Assembly: GCA_020437385.1 (NCBI GenBank)
Contig: JAGQWL010000049.1
Span: forward strand, 20,827 to 84,826
Reading direction: 5' to 3'
Length of the DNA: 64,000 bases
DNA from: Bacteroidota bacterium
GTDB lineage: Bacteria > Bacteroidota > Rhodothermia > Rhodothermales > JABDKH01
Part shown: positions 53,542 to 62,241 of the stretch, piece after piece
How positions within the stretch are numbered: the stretch's first letter is position 1
How the letters are laid out: each line of letters starts with the position of its first letter
Made by a program: the position numbers and the translations under genes
Notes under the pieces: generated by a model
Database searches by the model: none
The model's input: the letters and a program-made list of their open reading frames with translations, nothing else
Told to the model about the DNA's origin: nothing

Positions 53542-53632
53542 AAACCGTTCAACGATCTCACGACGCCATCAACGATCTGACGACTGTCGACGTTCTGGCA
53601 ACTACACCAACGCTCTGAGTCCATCAAAACCA

Positions 53633-54094
53633 GTGCAGACCGAACTGAACATAGGTGCAGGGTCAGCGACCGTTAGAATCGAGGAGGTCGGGCTTGATTC
53701 ATTGTCGATCATCAAGGATCTCAATACGGCCATTTTCGGGGAGGAGCGCATCATCAACTCGCTTGAACGAGACGACCTGATGCTGCTCGTCGCATGGGTG
53801 GGGGACGAGCCGGCCGGATTCAAAGTCGGCTATCGCGAGAATCGCTTCTCGTTCTACAGTGCGAAAGGAGGCGTCCTCCATGAGTATCGGGGCTTTGGTA
53901 TCGCTCGACTGCTGCTTGACGAAATGGTCACCCTGGCTCGAGAGCGCGGATTCCGACGATTGGCCTACGATACCTTTCCGAATATGCACCCCGGGATGAC
54001 CGTCATGGGACTCGCCGAAGGCTTCCGAGTCGTAAAGGCCGATTTCAACACGGTTTACCGCGACTTCCGCCTCCGATTCGAGAAGGCGATCTAA
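53633..54094 (+). CDS. GNAT family N-acetyltransferase
   Basis: The track ORF 53408..54094 overlaps the helicase. I trimmed it to the in-frame GTG at 53633 (153 aa). The acetyl-CoA loop is HEYRGFGIARLLLDEM. The start is uncertain. Confidence 0.6.
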   Translation: MQTELNIGAGSATVRIEEVGLDSLSIIKDLNTAIFGEERIINSLERDDLMLLVAWVGDEPAGFKVGYRENRFSFYSAKGGVLHEYRGFGIARLLLDEMVTLARERGFRRLAYDTFPNMHPGMTVMGLAEGFRVVKADFNTVYRDFRLRFEKAI

Positions 54095-54115
54095 CACTTC
54101 ACTATCGATCACGCA

Positions 54116-54274
54116 ATGAGCAAGCTGTCTGTTCTGGCCGATTTCTGGGATTTTCTGCGGGTTCGCAAGAAGTTCTGGCTCGCCCCCATCCTGATCGTGC
54201 TCATGCTCTTGAGCCTGCTGATCGTCGCTACCCAGGGATCCGCGCTGGCGCCGTTCATCTACGCGCTTTTCTAG
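54116..54274 (+). CDS. Small membrane protein, DUF5989-like (52 aa, below the ORF-track cutoff)
   Basis: Hand translation gives MSKLSVLADFWDFLRVRKKFWLAPILIVLMLLSLLIVATQGSALAPFIYALF. About 80% of third positions are G/C. It matches my memory of the conserved DUF5989 pattern (F..FL..RKK.WL.PI...L.L..L......S...PFIY.LF). Confidence 0.6.
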   Translation: MSKLSVLADFWDFLRVRKKFWLAPILIVLMLLSLLIVATQGSALAPFIYALF

Positions 54275-54395
54275 CCAGGCAAAAACGTCTGGTTTGCAAC
54301 ACGTTGGCAACCTCGTCGTAGTGATACGGATGCCTTTTCGCCGTTCGCGACCGCTCGGCTGACCCTTTTGATCCGTACCCGAATCGTATAACCCC

Positions 54396-55628
54396 ATGCG
54401 CGCACTTAGTCCGATTGGCATACGAGAAGCCGTATCCAGCGCTGCCAGAGCAATCGGCTCCCAGAAGGGGAGATCGCTGCTGACAACACTGGGCATCATC
54501 ATCGGAGTTCTGTCGGTCACCTCGATGGCCACGGTCGTTAACGGCATCGAGAAGGGCTTCGAAAACGACATGGCAGAGCTGGGGACGGACGTCGTGTACA
54601 TCGAGAAGTGGCCGTGGGGCCCTACGAAGGACTGGTGGAACTACATCAACCGTCCGAATATCACCGCGGAACTCGGCAACGTCGTTGAACGGAAGTCACG
54701 TTATGCGGTGGCGGCTGCCGCAGTTGTCGGGACGTATCGAACCGTCACGTCAGCGGATGAGACGCTGCCGGCGGTGCAGGTCGAGGGCGTGCAGGGGGAT
54801 TATCCGCGCGTCAGAAAGGTGACGCTTGGTGACGGTCGCTTCTTTTCGGAAATCGAAGATCGTAGTGCCGCTCCCGTTGCTATCATCGGCGATCGTGTTG
54901 CTACCACGCTGTTTCCAGTGGGCGATCCACTGGGTAAGATGATCAGGGTTGACGGCCGGCGCTTTCAGGTCATTGGTGTTTTTGAGAAGGCCGGAAGTTC
55001 CTCGGGCGAGACTTCCAACGACAACATGGTTCGCATTCCGTTCAACACGTTTCAGCGTGAATTCGGAACGCGATACCGCGACATTTCTGTCCAGGTCCGA
55101 CTGGCGAGCGCCGAGGTTCTTGAGGATGCCAAGGATGAAATCACCGGTATACTTCGAACCGCGAGGCGGCTCGACGCCAAAGAGAAGGAAGACTTTGAAA
55201 TAAACGAACAGAACTCGCTGCGGGAAACATTGGCGCCGATCAAGGCGACAATCTACTCGATCGGCATCGGGCTTACGGCGCTCAGCCTCCTCGTTGGGGG
55301 CATCGGTGTCATGAACATCATGTTCGTTTCCGTTAAGGAACGGACCCGCGAGATCGGGGTGCGCAAGGCAGTAGGCGCTCGCGCATCGAACGTGCTCATG
55401 CAGTTTCTCGTCGAAGCTGTAATCGTCTGCGTTATCGGCGGTGTACTGGGCGTGCTGTGTGCGATTCCGATATCACTTCTGATTTCATCGTTCCTGCCGT
55501 CGTCTCTCGACATCGCGGTCGTCATCATTGCCTTTGCGGTCTGCGTTGCGGTGGGTCTCATCTTCGGATTGGCCCCTGCATGGACTGCTGCGCGGTCCGA
55601 ACCGATCGACGCTCTTCGTTACGAATAA
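54396..55628 (+). CDS. ABC transporter permease, MacB/FtsX type
   Basis: 410-aa ORF with an N-terminal TM, a MacB-like periplasmic domain and a C-terminal FtsX 3-TM bundle with SVKERTREIGVRKAVGA. Confidence 0.85.
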   Translation: MRALSPIGIREAVSSAARAIGSQKGRSLLTTLGIIIGVLSVTSMATVVNGIEKGFENDMAELGTDVVYIEKWPWGPTKDWWNYINRPNITAELGNVVERKSRYAVAAAAVVGTYRTVTSADETLPAVQVEGVQGDYPRVRKVTLGDGRFFSEIEDRSAAPVAIIGDRVATTLFPVGDPLGKMIRVDGRRFQVIGVFEKAGSSSGETSNDNMVRIPFNTFQREFGTRYRDISVQVRLASAEVLEDAKDEITGILRTARRLDAKEKEDFEINEQNSLRETLAPIKATIYSIGIGLTALSLLVGGIGVMNIMFVSVKERTREIGVRKAVGARASNVLMQFLVEAVIVCVIGGVLGVLCAIPISLLISSFLPSSLDIAVVIIAFAVCVAVGLIFGLAPAWTAARSEPIDALRYE

Positions 55629-55634
55629 ACTGGT

Positions 55635-56864
55635 ATGGGAATACTCGAAGCACTGCGAATGGCAGGTGCCTCCCTGCGAGGCAACAAGACGCGAACAGCT
55701 CTGACGCTGCTCGGTATGGTGATCGGTGTTTTTGCGATCATTGTGTCTGTGACGGCGGTGAAGGTCATCGACGTCTATTTCAAGGATCGACTTCAGTTTC
55801 TTGGATCGGCAACCTTCACGATCTCACGCTATCCGCTCATTCGCACCGGGCCGATGGATCGTTCCATGCGTAACCGCCCGCCTATTACGTATGACCAGGT
55901 CGATCGCTTTTCGCGCAGTATGCGCACGCCGGTTGCGATTTGCCCGTGGGAGGACTTTGACCTTGGAAAGGCTCAGTATGCCGATCGCGAGACCGAACCG
56001 AACATCGCGTTGCTCGGGACGAACGAACATTTTCTCGACAACTTTTCGTACGAACTGGATCAGGGGCGTTCGATCACGGACCAGGACGTTCAATATGCTC
56101 GTCCAGTGGTGGTTATTGGGGCAGACGTCACGAAAGAACTCTTTCCGAACGAGATCCCTATCGGTAAGACGATCCGCTTCAACGGCAGACGCTACGAGGT
56201 GATCGGAACCCTCAAGTCGAAAGGCAACTTCCTCGGGTTCAGCCAGGACAACCGGGTGATCGGGCCCATCACGCGGATGATGACGGTGTACGGTCAGCCG
56301 GATCGCAACATCGCGACGATAAGTGTGAGGGCGAACGATCAGCGCAATCTTTCTGCCGCCATGGAGGAAGCTATCGGCCGGATGCGCCTCGTACGCAAAG
56401 ACGAGCCGGGCGAGTCGAATTCGTTTGAGCTGGATACGAACAATACGATGCAGAGCATCTTCGACGCGTTCACCGGCACGCTGACGGTAGCGGGCGCGTT
56501 CATCGGGTTCATCTCCCTGATCGCTGCCGGGGTAGGGATCATGAACATCATGCTCGTATCCGTAACCGAACGCACCCGGGAGATCGGCGTACGAAAATCA
56601 ATCGGCGCCAAGCGACGCGACATCCTCAGGCAGTTCCTTTTTGAGGCTTTCTTCCTGTGTCAGATCGGCGGCTTTATCGGGATTCTTCTTGGCGTGCTCG
56701 TCGGAAATATCGTCGCCGTCAAGTTTGATATCACCGCTGCCTTCCCGTGGGGATGGGCAATATTCTCCGTTGCACTAGTTACCGGCATTGCCTTCATCTT
56801 CGGTGGCTACCCTGCACTGAAGGCCGCGAGACTCAACCCCATCGATTCGCTTCGGTACGAATAG
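55635..56864 (+). CDS. ABC transporter permease, MacB/FtsX type (paralog)
   Basis: 409-aa ORF with the same architecture (SVTERTREIGVRKSIGA). It lies 6 nt after the previous gene. Confidence 0.85.
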   Translation: MGILEALRMAGASLRGNKTRTALTLLGMVIGVFAIIVSVTAVKVIDVYFKDRLQFLGSATFTISRYPLIRTGPMDRSMRNRPPITYDQVDRFSRSMRTPVAICPWEDFDLGKAQYADRETEPNIALLGTNEHFLDNFSYELDQGRSITDQDVQYARPVVVIGADVTKELFPNEIPIGKTIRFNGRRYEVIGTLKSKGNFLGFSQDNRVIGPITRMMTVYGQPDRNIATISVRANDQRNLSAAMEEAIGRMRLVRKDEPGESNSFELDTNNTMQSIFDAFTGTLTVAGAFIGFISLIAAGVGIMNIMLVSVTERTREIGVRKSIGAKRRDILRQFLFEAFFLCQIGGFIGILLGVLVGNIVAVKFDITAAFPWGWAIFSVALVTGIAFIFGGYPALKAARLNPIDSLRYE

Positions 56865-56917
56865 CGTATCTTCCGTTGCTCGAACGCTGACCCCAAACCG
56901 GAACGCACGATCAACGG

Positions 56918-57637
56918 ATGACAGCCACCGCAGTCGACAACCAGCAACAGGCCAAGATCGCCGCCGGGCGGGCAGTTTCGGAACTGGTTGCTGACGGAAT
57001 GATCCTCGGCGTGGGTACCGGCTCGACCGCCGCCGAGGCAATACGTGCGATTGGCAGGCGCGTTCGAGAGGAGAACCTCAGTGTACGCGGCGTGCCGACA
57101 TCGTTCGTTTCCGAGCAGTTGGCGCGGGCCAACGGAATCACGGTTGTCAGCCTCGACGAAGTTGATTCAATCGATCTGGCGTTTGATGGTGCGGATGAGG
57201 TCGATCCGAGACTCAACCTCATCAAAGGTCGCGGCGGTGCTCAGTCGCGAGAGAAGGTGGTGGCCAACGCAGCGCGACAGTTCTATGTCCTCGTCGACGA
57301 ATCCAAAATTGTGCAGCAGCTCGGGACCAACTTTCCGGTACCGATCGAGTTTGTGCCCATGGCACTTGGGCCGCTGAAGCGCCTGATCGTAACTCTTGGC
57401 GGACGGCCGGAGCTGCGCATGGGCAAAGCAAAGGACGGCCCCGTCGTTTCTGACCAGGGTCTGTGGATTCTCGATGCGTACTTCGACGGCATTGAGGATG
57501 CATACGAGCTGAATCGGAGCCTTTCCGATGAGCCCGGCATCCTTGATCACGGTCTGTTTCTTGATCTTGCCACGCACGTGCTTGTCGGTCAGGCAAGTGG
57601 CGCTGTGCGTGAGATCGTGAGAGATTCTCCCAATTAG
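56918..57637 (+). CDS. rpiA: Ribose-5-phosphate isomerase A
   Basis: 239-aa ORF with GVGTGSTA, DGADEVD and KGRGGA motifs. Confidence 0.9.
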   Translation: MTATAVDNQQQAKIAAGRAVSELVADGMILGVGTGSTAAEAIRAIGRRVREENLSVRGVPTSFVSEQLARANGITVVSLDEVDSIDLAFDGADEVDPRLNLIKGRGGAQSREKVVANAARQFYVLVDESKIVQQLGTNFPVPIEFVPMALGPLKRLIVTLGGRPELRMGKAKDGPVVSDQGLWILDAYFDGIEDAYELNRSLSDEPGILDHGLFLDLATHVLVGQASGAVREIVRDSPN

Positions 57638-57640
57638 TCA

Positions 57641-57668
57641 GCCCCCGCCCTCAGGAGAGAGCGGGGGC
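57641..57668. terminator. GC-only 8-bp hairpin between convergent rpiA and the TPR gene
   Basis: GCCCCCGC at 57641-57648 pairs with GCGGGGGC at 57661-57668 around a 12-nt loop. There is no U-tract. Confidence 0.4.
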
Positions 57669-57731
57669 CGTGCATCCCAACGGGGCCGAGCCATTACCCG
57701 CGTTGGTCGATACACCGTTCGCGACGAGCGC

Positions 57732-58892
57732 CTATTCGAAGTCCGGATCGATAACGATGGGCGAGTCAGCCTCTGTCGTGGTCAGACCGTCGACCGGTTC
57801 GGTCATGGAATTCTCCGCTGCCAGCGCTTCCGCATTCCATTCGCGAATCTGGTCGATGAATACCTGCGCCAGTGCTTCGAAATCAGCCGCTTCGATGTCG
57901 ACCGGCTGATCGATCATCAGAACCCGATCTCGATTGACGAGCGCCTTTTCGTAGGTAGAGTCGATTGCGACTGCGGATCCGTAGGCATCTTCCGCATCCC
58001 GAATGTGGCCCGTATGCTCCAGCGCCATCCCGAGGTTGTTGTAGAAGATCGATACGTCGTCGCGCAGCTCGATTGTGCGGGCAAGCGCCGCCAACGCATC
58101 TTCGTATCGCTCCTGCTCAAGGTCGATCAGGGCCAGGTTGTTGATGGACCACGCGTCCGTCGAGTCGATCAGGATCGCTTCGCGGTAGGCGTTTCGCGCG
58201 TCGTCCATCCATCCGAGATTGTGAAATGCCCGTCCTTGCAGTCGGAACGCAGTTCCGGATTCCGGATCGAGCTCGAGCGCGGCGTCGAGTTTCTCGAGTG
58301 CCTCTTCCGGACGCTGGTCGTCGATCAGGACGCGAGCAAGGTTGAGCAGGCTCTTCGAGTGCTTCGGGTCGAGCTCGAGTGCACGATTGAAAGCTTCTTC
58401 CGCCGATGAATAATCACCGATCCGCTTTGCGGCCAACCCGTACATATAGTGCCCCCAGGCATTCTCGGCGTTCTCTTCGGTGTACGTCTTGAACAACCGA
58501 ACGGCCTCGGTATAGTTGTGTTGGTTGAAGGCGGCCTCCGCGTCTGCGAAGGTGACGGGCTGCAATTCAGTCACCGCGGCTTCGCTGGGCGTATCAACAT
58601 CCGGCACCACAACCGTTACCTCTTCTCCGATCGGGGACTGGGACGGCGAAGGCGTTGATTCGGTTGTTTCCGAAACGGTCCGCACCTGCTTAGACTGACT
58701 TTCGCCTCCGCACCCAAACATCGTCATGGACAAGGCAATCAACAGGATGAAGGCAATTCCGGTGAACATCTCCATCATGACAGTGATGGTATTTGCGTTA
58801 GCCTGATTCGCAAGCTGATTCTGATTTCCGGAATGCGGCGTTTCGACACCGGCACTCCGTACGTTTTTGTTGCTTCTCATGGTAGACCTCAC
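57732..58892 (-). CDS. TPR repeat lipoprotein
   Basis: 386-aa ORF with the lipobox MTMFGC after a TM-like signal. The start may be at 58778 (MMEMF). It has at least 6 TPR repeats (AWGHYMYGLA, LDPKHSKSLLNLA and others). Confidence 0.75.
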   Translation of the reverse strand: MRSTMRSNKNVRSAGVETPHSGNQNQLANQANANTITVMMEMFTGIAFILLIALSMTMFGCGGESQSKQVRTVSETTESTPSPSQSPIGEEVTVVVPDVDTPSEAAVTELQPVTFADAEAAFNQHNYTEAVRLFKTYTEENAENAWGHYMYGLAAKRIGDYSSAEEAFNRALELDPKHSKSLLNLARVLIDDQRPEEALEKLDAALELDPESGTAFRLQGRAFHNLGWMDDARNAYREAILIDSTDAWSINNLALIDLEQERYEDALAALARTIELRDDVSIFYNNLGMALEHTGHIRDAEDAYGSAVAIDSTYEKALVNRDRVLMIDQPVDIEAADFEALAQVFIDQIREWNAEALAAENSMTEPVDGLTTTEADSPIVIDPDFE

Positions 58893-58966
58893 ATTGATTC
58901 CGTGTTAAGTGTGCCGTCGGCGTCGCGGCCGACAGAGCCGTCGTGACGCGGCGTTGCAGAACCGAA

Positions 58967-58985
58967 ATGCAATGCATGGTCCCAG
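58967..58985 (-). promoter_or_regulatory. Weak sigma54 (-24/-12)-like motif upstream of the TPR lipoprotein gene
   Basis: The minus strand reads CTGGGACCATGCATTGCAT. The GG and GC dinucleotides can be placed 12 nt apart, with a perfect TTGCA -12 element and an imperfect -24 element. It sits about 75 nt upstream of ATG 58892 and directly downstream of a sigma54-dependent regulator gene. Confidence 0.25.
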
Positions 58986-59117
58986 GCAGCACGCTGGAAC
59001 GATTGGAAATCGATAAACGCGTTGGGCTGCAGTATATTGGCGAATCTTTGGGCCCGTTTACGGGACGTGCCATCGGGCTGCATTGTGTCGTGATGGACAC
59101 AGGTCCGCCCCTGCGAT

Positions 59118-59135
59118 TGTGTCCGTCCGGACACA
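59118..59135 (-). terminator. Hairpin ~20 nt after the response-regulator stop codon
   Basis: TGTGTCC at 59118-59124 pairs with GGACACA at 59129-59135 around a 4-nt loop. An upstream GGACACA copy at 59095-59101 could pair alternatively. There is no U-tract. Confidence 0.35.
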
Positions 59136-59155
59136 GTTGAGACGTGAGGATTTGG

Positions 59156-60538
59156 TCAGCGTCGCGAGATGTTGTGGCGTCGCATGATCTTGAGAAGACT
59201 GGAATGATCGGCGAGACCGAGCGACTCCGCCGTGTTGCTGATGTGCCAATCGTTTCGATCGAGGGCCTGGATCACAATCTGGCGCTCGGCTTCTGATTTG
59301 AGCTGCTGAAAGGTTCGCGTGCCCGGTGCGGCATTTTTTACGGACGCTCCCGAAACGACTTCGACAGGCAGGTCCCCGACAGAAATTGTGTCGTCCTCGG
59401 CAGCGATGATCATCCGTTCGACGATATTGCGGAGTTCGCGGACGTTATTGCGGTTCCAATCGTGTGCCATCAACTCTTCGATAACAGCCGGATCGACAGA
59501 CTTTGTCCGGAGTCCGAATCGGCCGCAGATCGTGCTGACGAAGAAACCGACAAGCTCGGGTATATCGGAAAGCCTGTCCCTGAGGGGTGGGACCAGGAGT
59601 TGATGAACGTTCAGCCTGAAGAGCAGGTCTTCTCGAAAGCGTCCTTCCGCAACCTCTTCGTCGAGGTTACGGTTTGTTGCTGCGACCACACGTGCGCTCA
59701 CTGAAATGTCCTCGTGCCCGCCGACGCGCGTCAACGTTCGTCCTTCCAGAACCCGCAGCAACTTGGCTTGCACCGCGAGGGGAAGCTCGCCGATTTCGTC
59801 GAGGAAGAGTGTTCCGTTTGCGGCAATCTCGAACGCACCCTTTCTCAGCCTGTCGGCTCCGGTGAAGGCACCGCGCTCGTGCCCAAACAGCTCACTCTCA
59901 ACGAGGTTCTCGGGCAGCGCAGCGCAATTGATTGCAACGAACGGGCGTTTGGCACGGTCGCGCGCAGATTCATTCTCCGGCCCGGCAAGTCGATGCAGTT
60001 CTCGAGCCACGAGGTCTTTTCCTGTTCCACTTTCGCCAAGTATCAGTACCGTTGATGGAATGCGAGCGATTTTGAGCATCTGCTTCTGCAGCCGCGTCAT
60101 TGCCTCGCTATCGCCGATCAGCGCACTCTGTTCGTCTGCCCGACGGCGCAGTGCATGGACCTCGTTCTGAAGCGCGAAGTGCTCGATGGCGTTTGCGACT
60201 TCCTGCGAAACGCGCGGAACCGGCTCTGCCTTATCAATGAAGCTGTAGGCACCGAGCTGAACCGCCTTGACACACCGATCGTAGCTGCCGGCGCCGGTGT
60301 AGACGATAACCGGCACTGGATTGCCGGCTGCCCTCAGCTTCCGCAAAACCTCGAATCCGTCAACGCCGGGCATTTCCAGATCCAGCAGGATGCAGTCGAC
60401 TGGTTCACTCGTGACGATTTCGAGGGCTTCTTCTCCACCGGACGCAATGACGGTCTCGAAGCCGCCGACGCGCCGCAAGTCGTACGCATACTGCTCGGCC
60501 ATTGCCGGGACGTCATCAACTACGAGAACTCTGGGCAT
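59156..60538 (-). CDS. Sigma54-dependent response regulator (NtrC family)
   Basis: 460-aa ORF with a REC domain (DLEMPGVDG), an AAA+ domain with GESGTGKD and ESELFGHERGAFTGA, and a C-terminal Fis-type HTH. Confidence 0.9.
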   Translation of the reverse strand: MPRVLVVDDVPAMAEQYAYDLRRVGGFETVIASGGEEALEIVTSEPVDCILLDLEMPGVDGFEVLRKLRAAGNPVPVIVYTGAGSYDRCVKAVQLGAYSFIDKAEPVPRVSQEVANAIEHFALQNEVHALRRRADEQSALIGDSEAMTRLQKQMLKIARIPSTVLILGESGTGKDLVARELHRLAGPENESARDRAKRPFVAINCAALPENLVESELFGHERGAFTGADRLRKGAFEIAANGTLFLDEIGELPLAVQAKLLRVLEGRTLTRVGGHEDISVSARVVAATNRNLDEEVAEGRFREDLLFRLNVHQLLVPPLRDRLSDIPELVGFFVSTICGRFGLRTKSVDPAVIEELMAHDWNRNNVRELRNIVERMIIAAEDDTISVGDLPVEVVSGASVKNAAPGTRTFQQLKSEAERQIVIQALDRNDWHISNTAESLGLADHSSLLKIMRRHNISRR

Positions 60539-60546
60539 GCTCCTGT

Positions 60547-62241
60547 CTATCTGGCGCTTGTTGGATTGGCTGACGGGAATGATACCACGAAACGCGTTCC
60601 CTTGGACGGCTCGCTTTCGACGGTGATCCGCCCGCCCGCGTCCATGACCAGGCGGCGAACAATTGACAGCCCGAGTCCAGTCCCATTGTCTTTCGTCGTG
60701 TAGAAATCGTCGAAGATGTGCATGCGTGTTTCGTCATCCATTCCGATGCCGTCATCCTCGACGATAAGTAGAACGTTGGGTCCTTCGGCTGCCGACTCCG
60801 ATGCCGTCACCTGAAGCACGATCGAACCCTGCTGGCCGACGCCGTCAACGGCATTCGAAATCAGGTTCTCCACAATTCGACGAACGGAAACGGGGTCTGC
60901 GACAATCAAGCTTGCCGCTTCAAGTTGGGTTTTAAGGGACACCTGCGATGGCAGAACGAGATCGTCGCAGGTGACGCCGACTATCTCGGAAACGTCGGTT
61001 ACTTGCGCATGAGACTCCGGCGTCAAACGAGCATAGTTTGCCGCAAGCCCGGACAGGTAGTTGATGCTTGACTCGATCGTGCCCCGGCGCTCACGAAGCA
61101 CCGACGCCAGTTCATCGGGTGATTCATCCGCCAACTCAGACAGATGTCTGAAGACGTTGCGCATTGGCGTGAGTCCGTTCTTGATATCGTGATTTACTTG
61201 TCGGGCGAGCTCTCCCAGTGCGGCTCGGCGTTCGGCGTCGCGAACCTCCCGAGCGCGCGCCTTCAGTTTGCGTACCATTCGCTCGAGCGCAAGTGAAAGC
61301 TGCCCGATTTCGTCGCGTCTCCGTGAATGAAACGTCTCGTTTATTCGGTCAAGATTGATTCGCGTCGTCTTATCGGCAAGCTCGACGAGCGGTTGACTGA
61401 TTCGAGCCGCGAGGATAGATGCGGCGACTGCGACCAGCAACAACCCGAGTCCAACCGCGATCGCCAGCCACCGCTCGAGCGATTTCTGCGTTTCTCGAAG
61501 ATCGGCGTTCGTTCGAGCCACCCCGAGTCGAGCGGCCTCGATGTCTCCATCCGCATCCACTACATCGAGTGTGAAGACACGCGTACTCAGCAGATCACTC
61601 GCCTGCGGCCAGTCTCCCGCCTCGAGCATCTGATTACCGTGCGTTAGTCGAAGTGCATACGCGCCCGTCGGCTCGAGGCGATCAAGAAAGCCGGCGCCAA
61701 CCTCCACGCCGCCAACAACGAAAATCATTCTTTCGCCGATGCGAATGGAATCCGCGCGAAGCAGGCCTAGCACGCTGCCTTCGGGGAGGACCATTTCGGC
61801 CATCGTCGCGGAAGTGTCCCGACGGCGCAACGAAGTCAGCGGCTCCGGGGCGAGACGATCAAACTCGTTTCGGAAGTGGCCCGAACTGAGTATCCGCCCC
61901 GATGTGTCCTGCAACTGCAGGATATCGAGTCCCGCAAGTCGCATCAGTTCACCGGCATAGTCGACGACATAGCGCCGTTCCGAACCGGTCGGTTGTTCGA
62001 TGCCCCGCCGAAGTCGATTGTCGTCTGAAGTGCGCGCGGCGATTTCCCGAAGAACCACTGCAATTTGATCCGATCGGTGATCCAGTTCATTCCGGATGTT
62101 CGTCGCAAGTCGGTCCGCCTGCTCGACAAACTGATTCTCGAGTCTGCGCGAAAGCTCCTGGCGTGCGATCCACGCGAACAGCAGCAGGGGCAGCAACGCA
62201 AGCGGAAGAACAACGACCAGTACGCGCGTCCGGAAACTCAT
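60547..62241 (-). CDS. Sensor histidine kinase with a ~250-aa periplasmic domain and HAMP
   Basis: 564-aa ORF with two TM helices flanking an extracytoplasmic domain, a HAMP domain, the H-box QVNHDIKNGLTP and an ATPase domain with DDGIGM and GTGLGLSIV. Confidence 0.85.
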   Translation of the reverse strand: MSFRTRVLVVVLPLALLPLLLFAWIARQELSRRLENQFVEQADRLATNIRNELDHRSDQIAVVLREIAARTSDDNRLRRGIEQPTGSERRYVVDYAGELMRLAGLDILQLQDTSGRILSSGHFRNEFDRLAPEPLTSLRRRDTSATMAEMVLPEGSVLGLLRADSIRIGERMIFVVGGVEVGAGFLDRLEPTGAYALRLTHGNQMLEAGDWPQASDLLSTRVFTLDVVDADGDIEAARLGVARTNADLRETQKSLERWLAIAVGLGLLLVAVAASILAARISQPLVELADKTTRINLDRINETFHSRRRDEIGQLSLALERMVRKLKARAREVRDAERRAALGELARQVNHDIKNGLTPMRNVFRHLSELADESPDELASVLRERRGTIESSINYLSGLAANYARLTPESHAQVTDVSEIVGVTCDDLVLPSQVSLKTQLEAASLIVADPVSVRRIVENLISNAVDGVGQQGSIVLQVTASESAAEGPNVLLIVEDDGIGMDDETRMHIFDDFYTTKDNGTGLGLSIVRRLVMDAGGRITVESEPSKGTRFVVSFPSANPTSAR

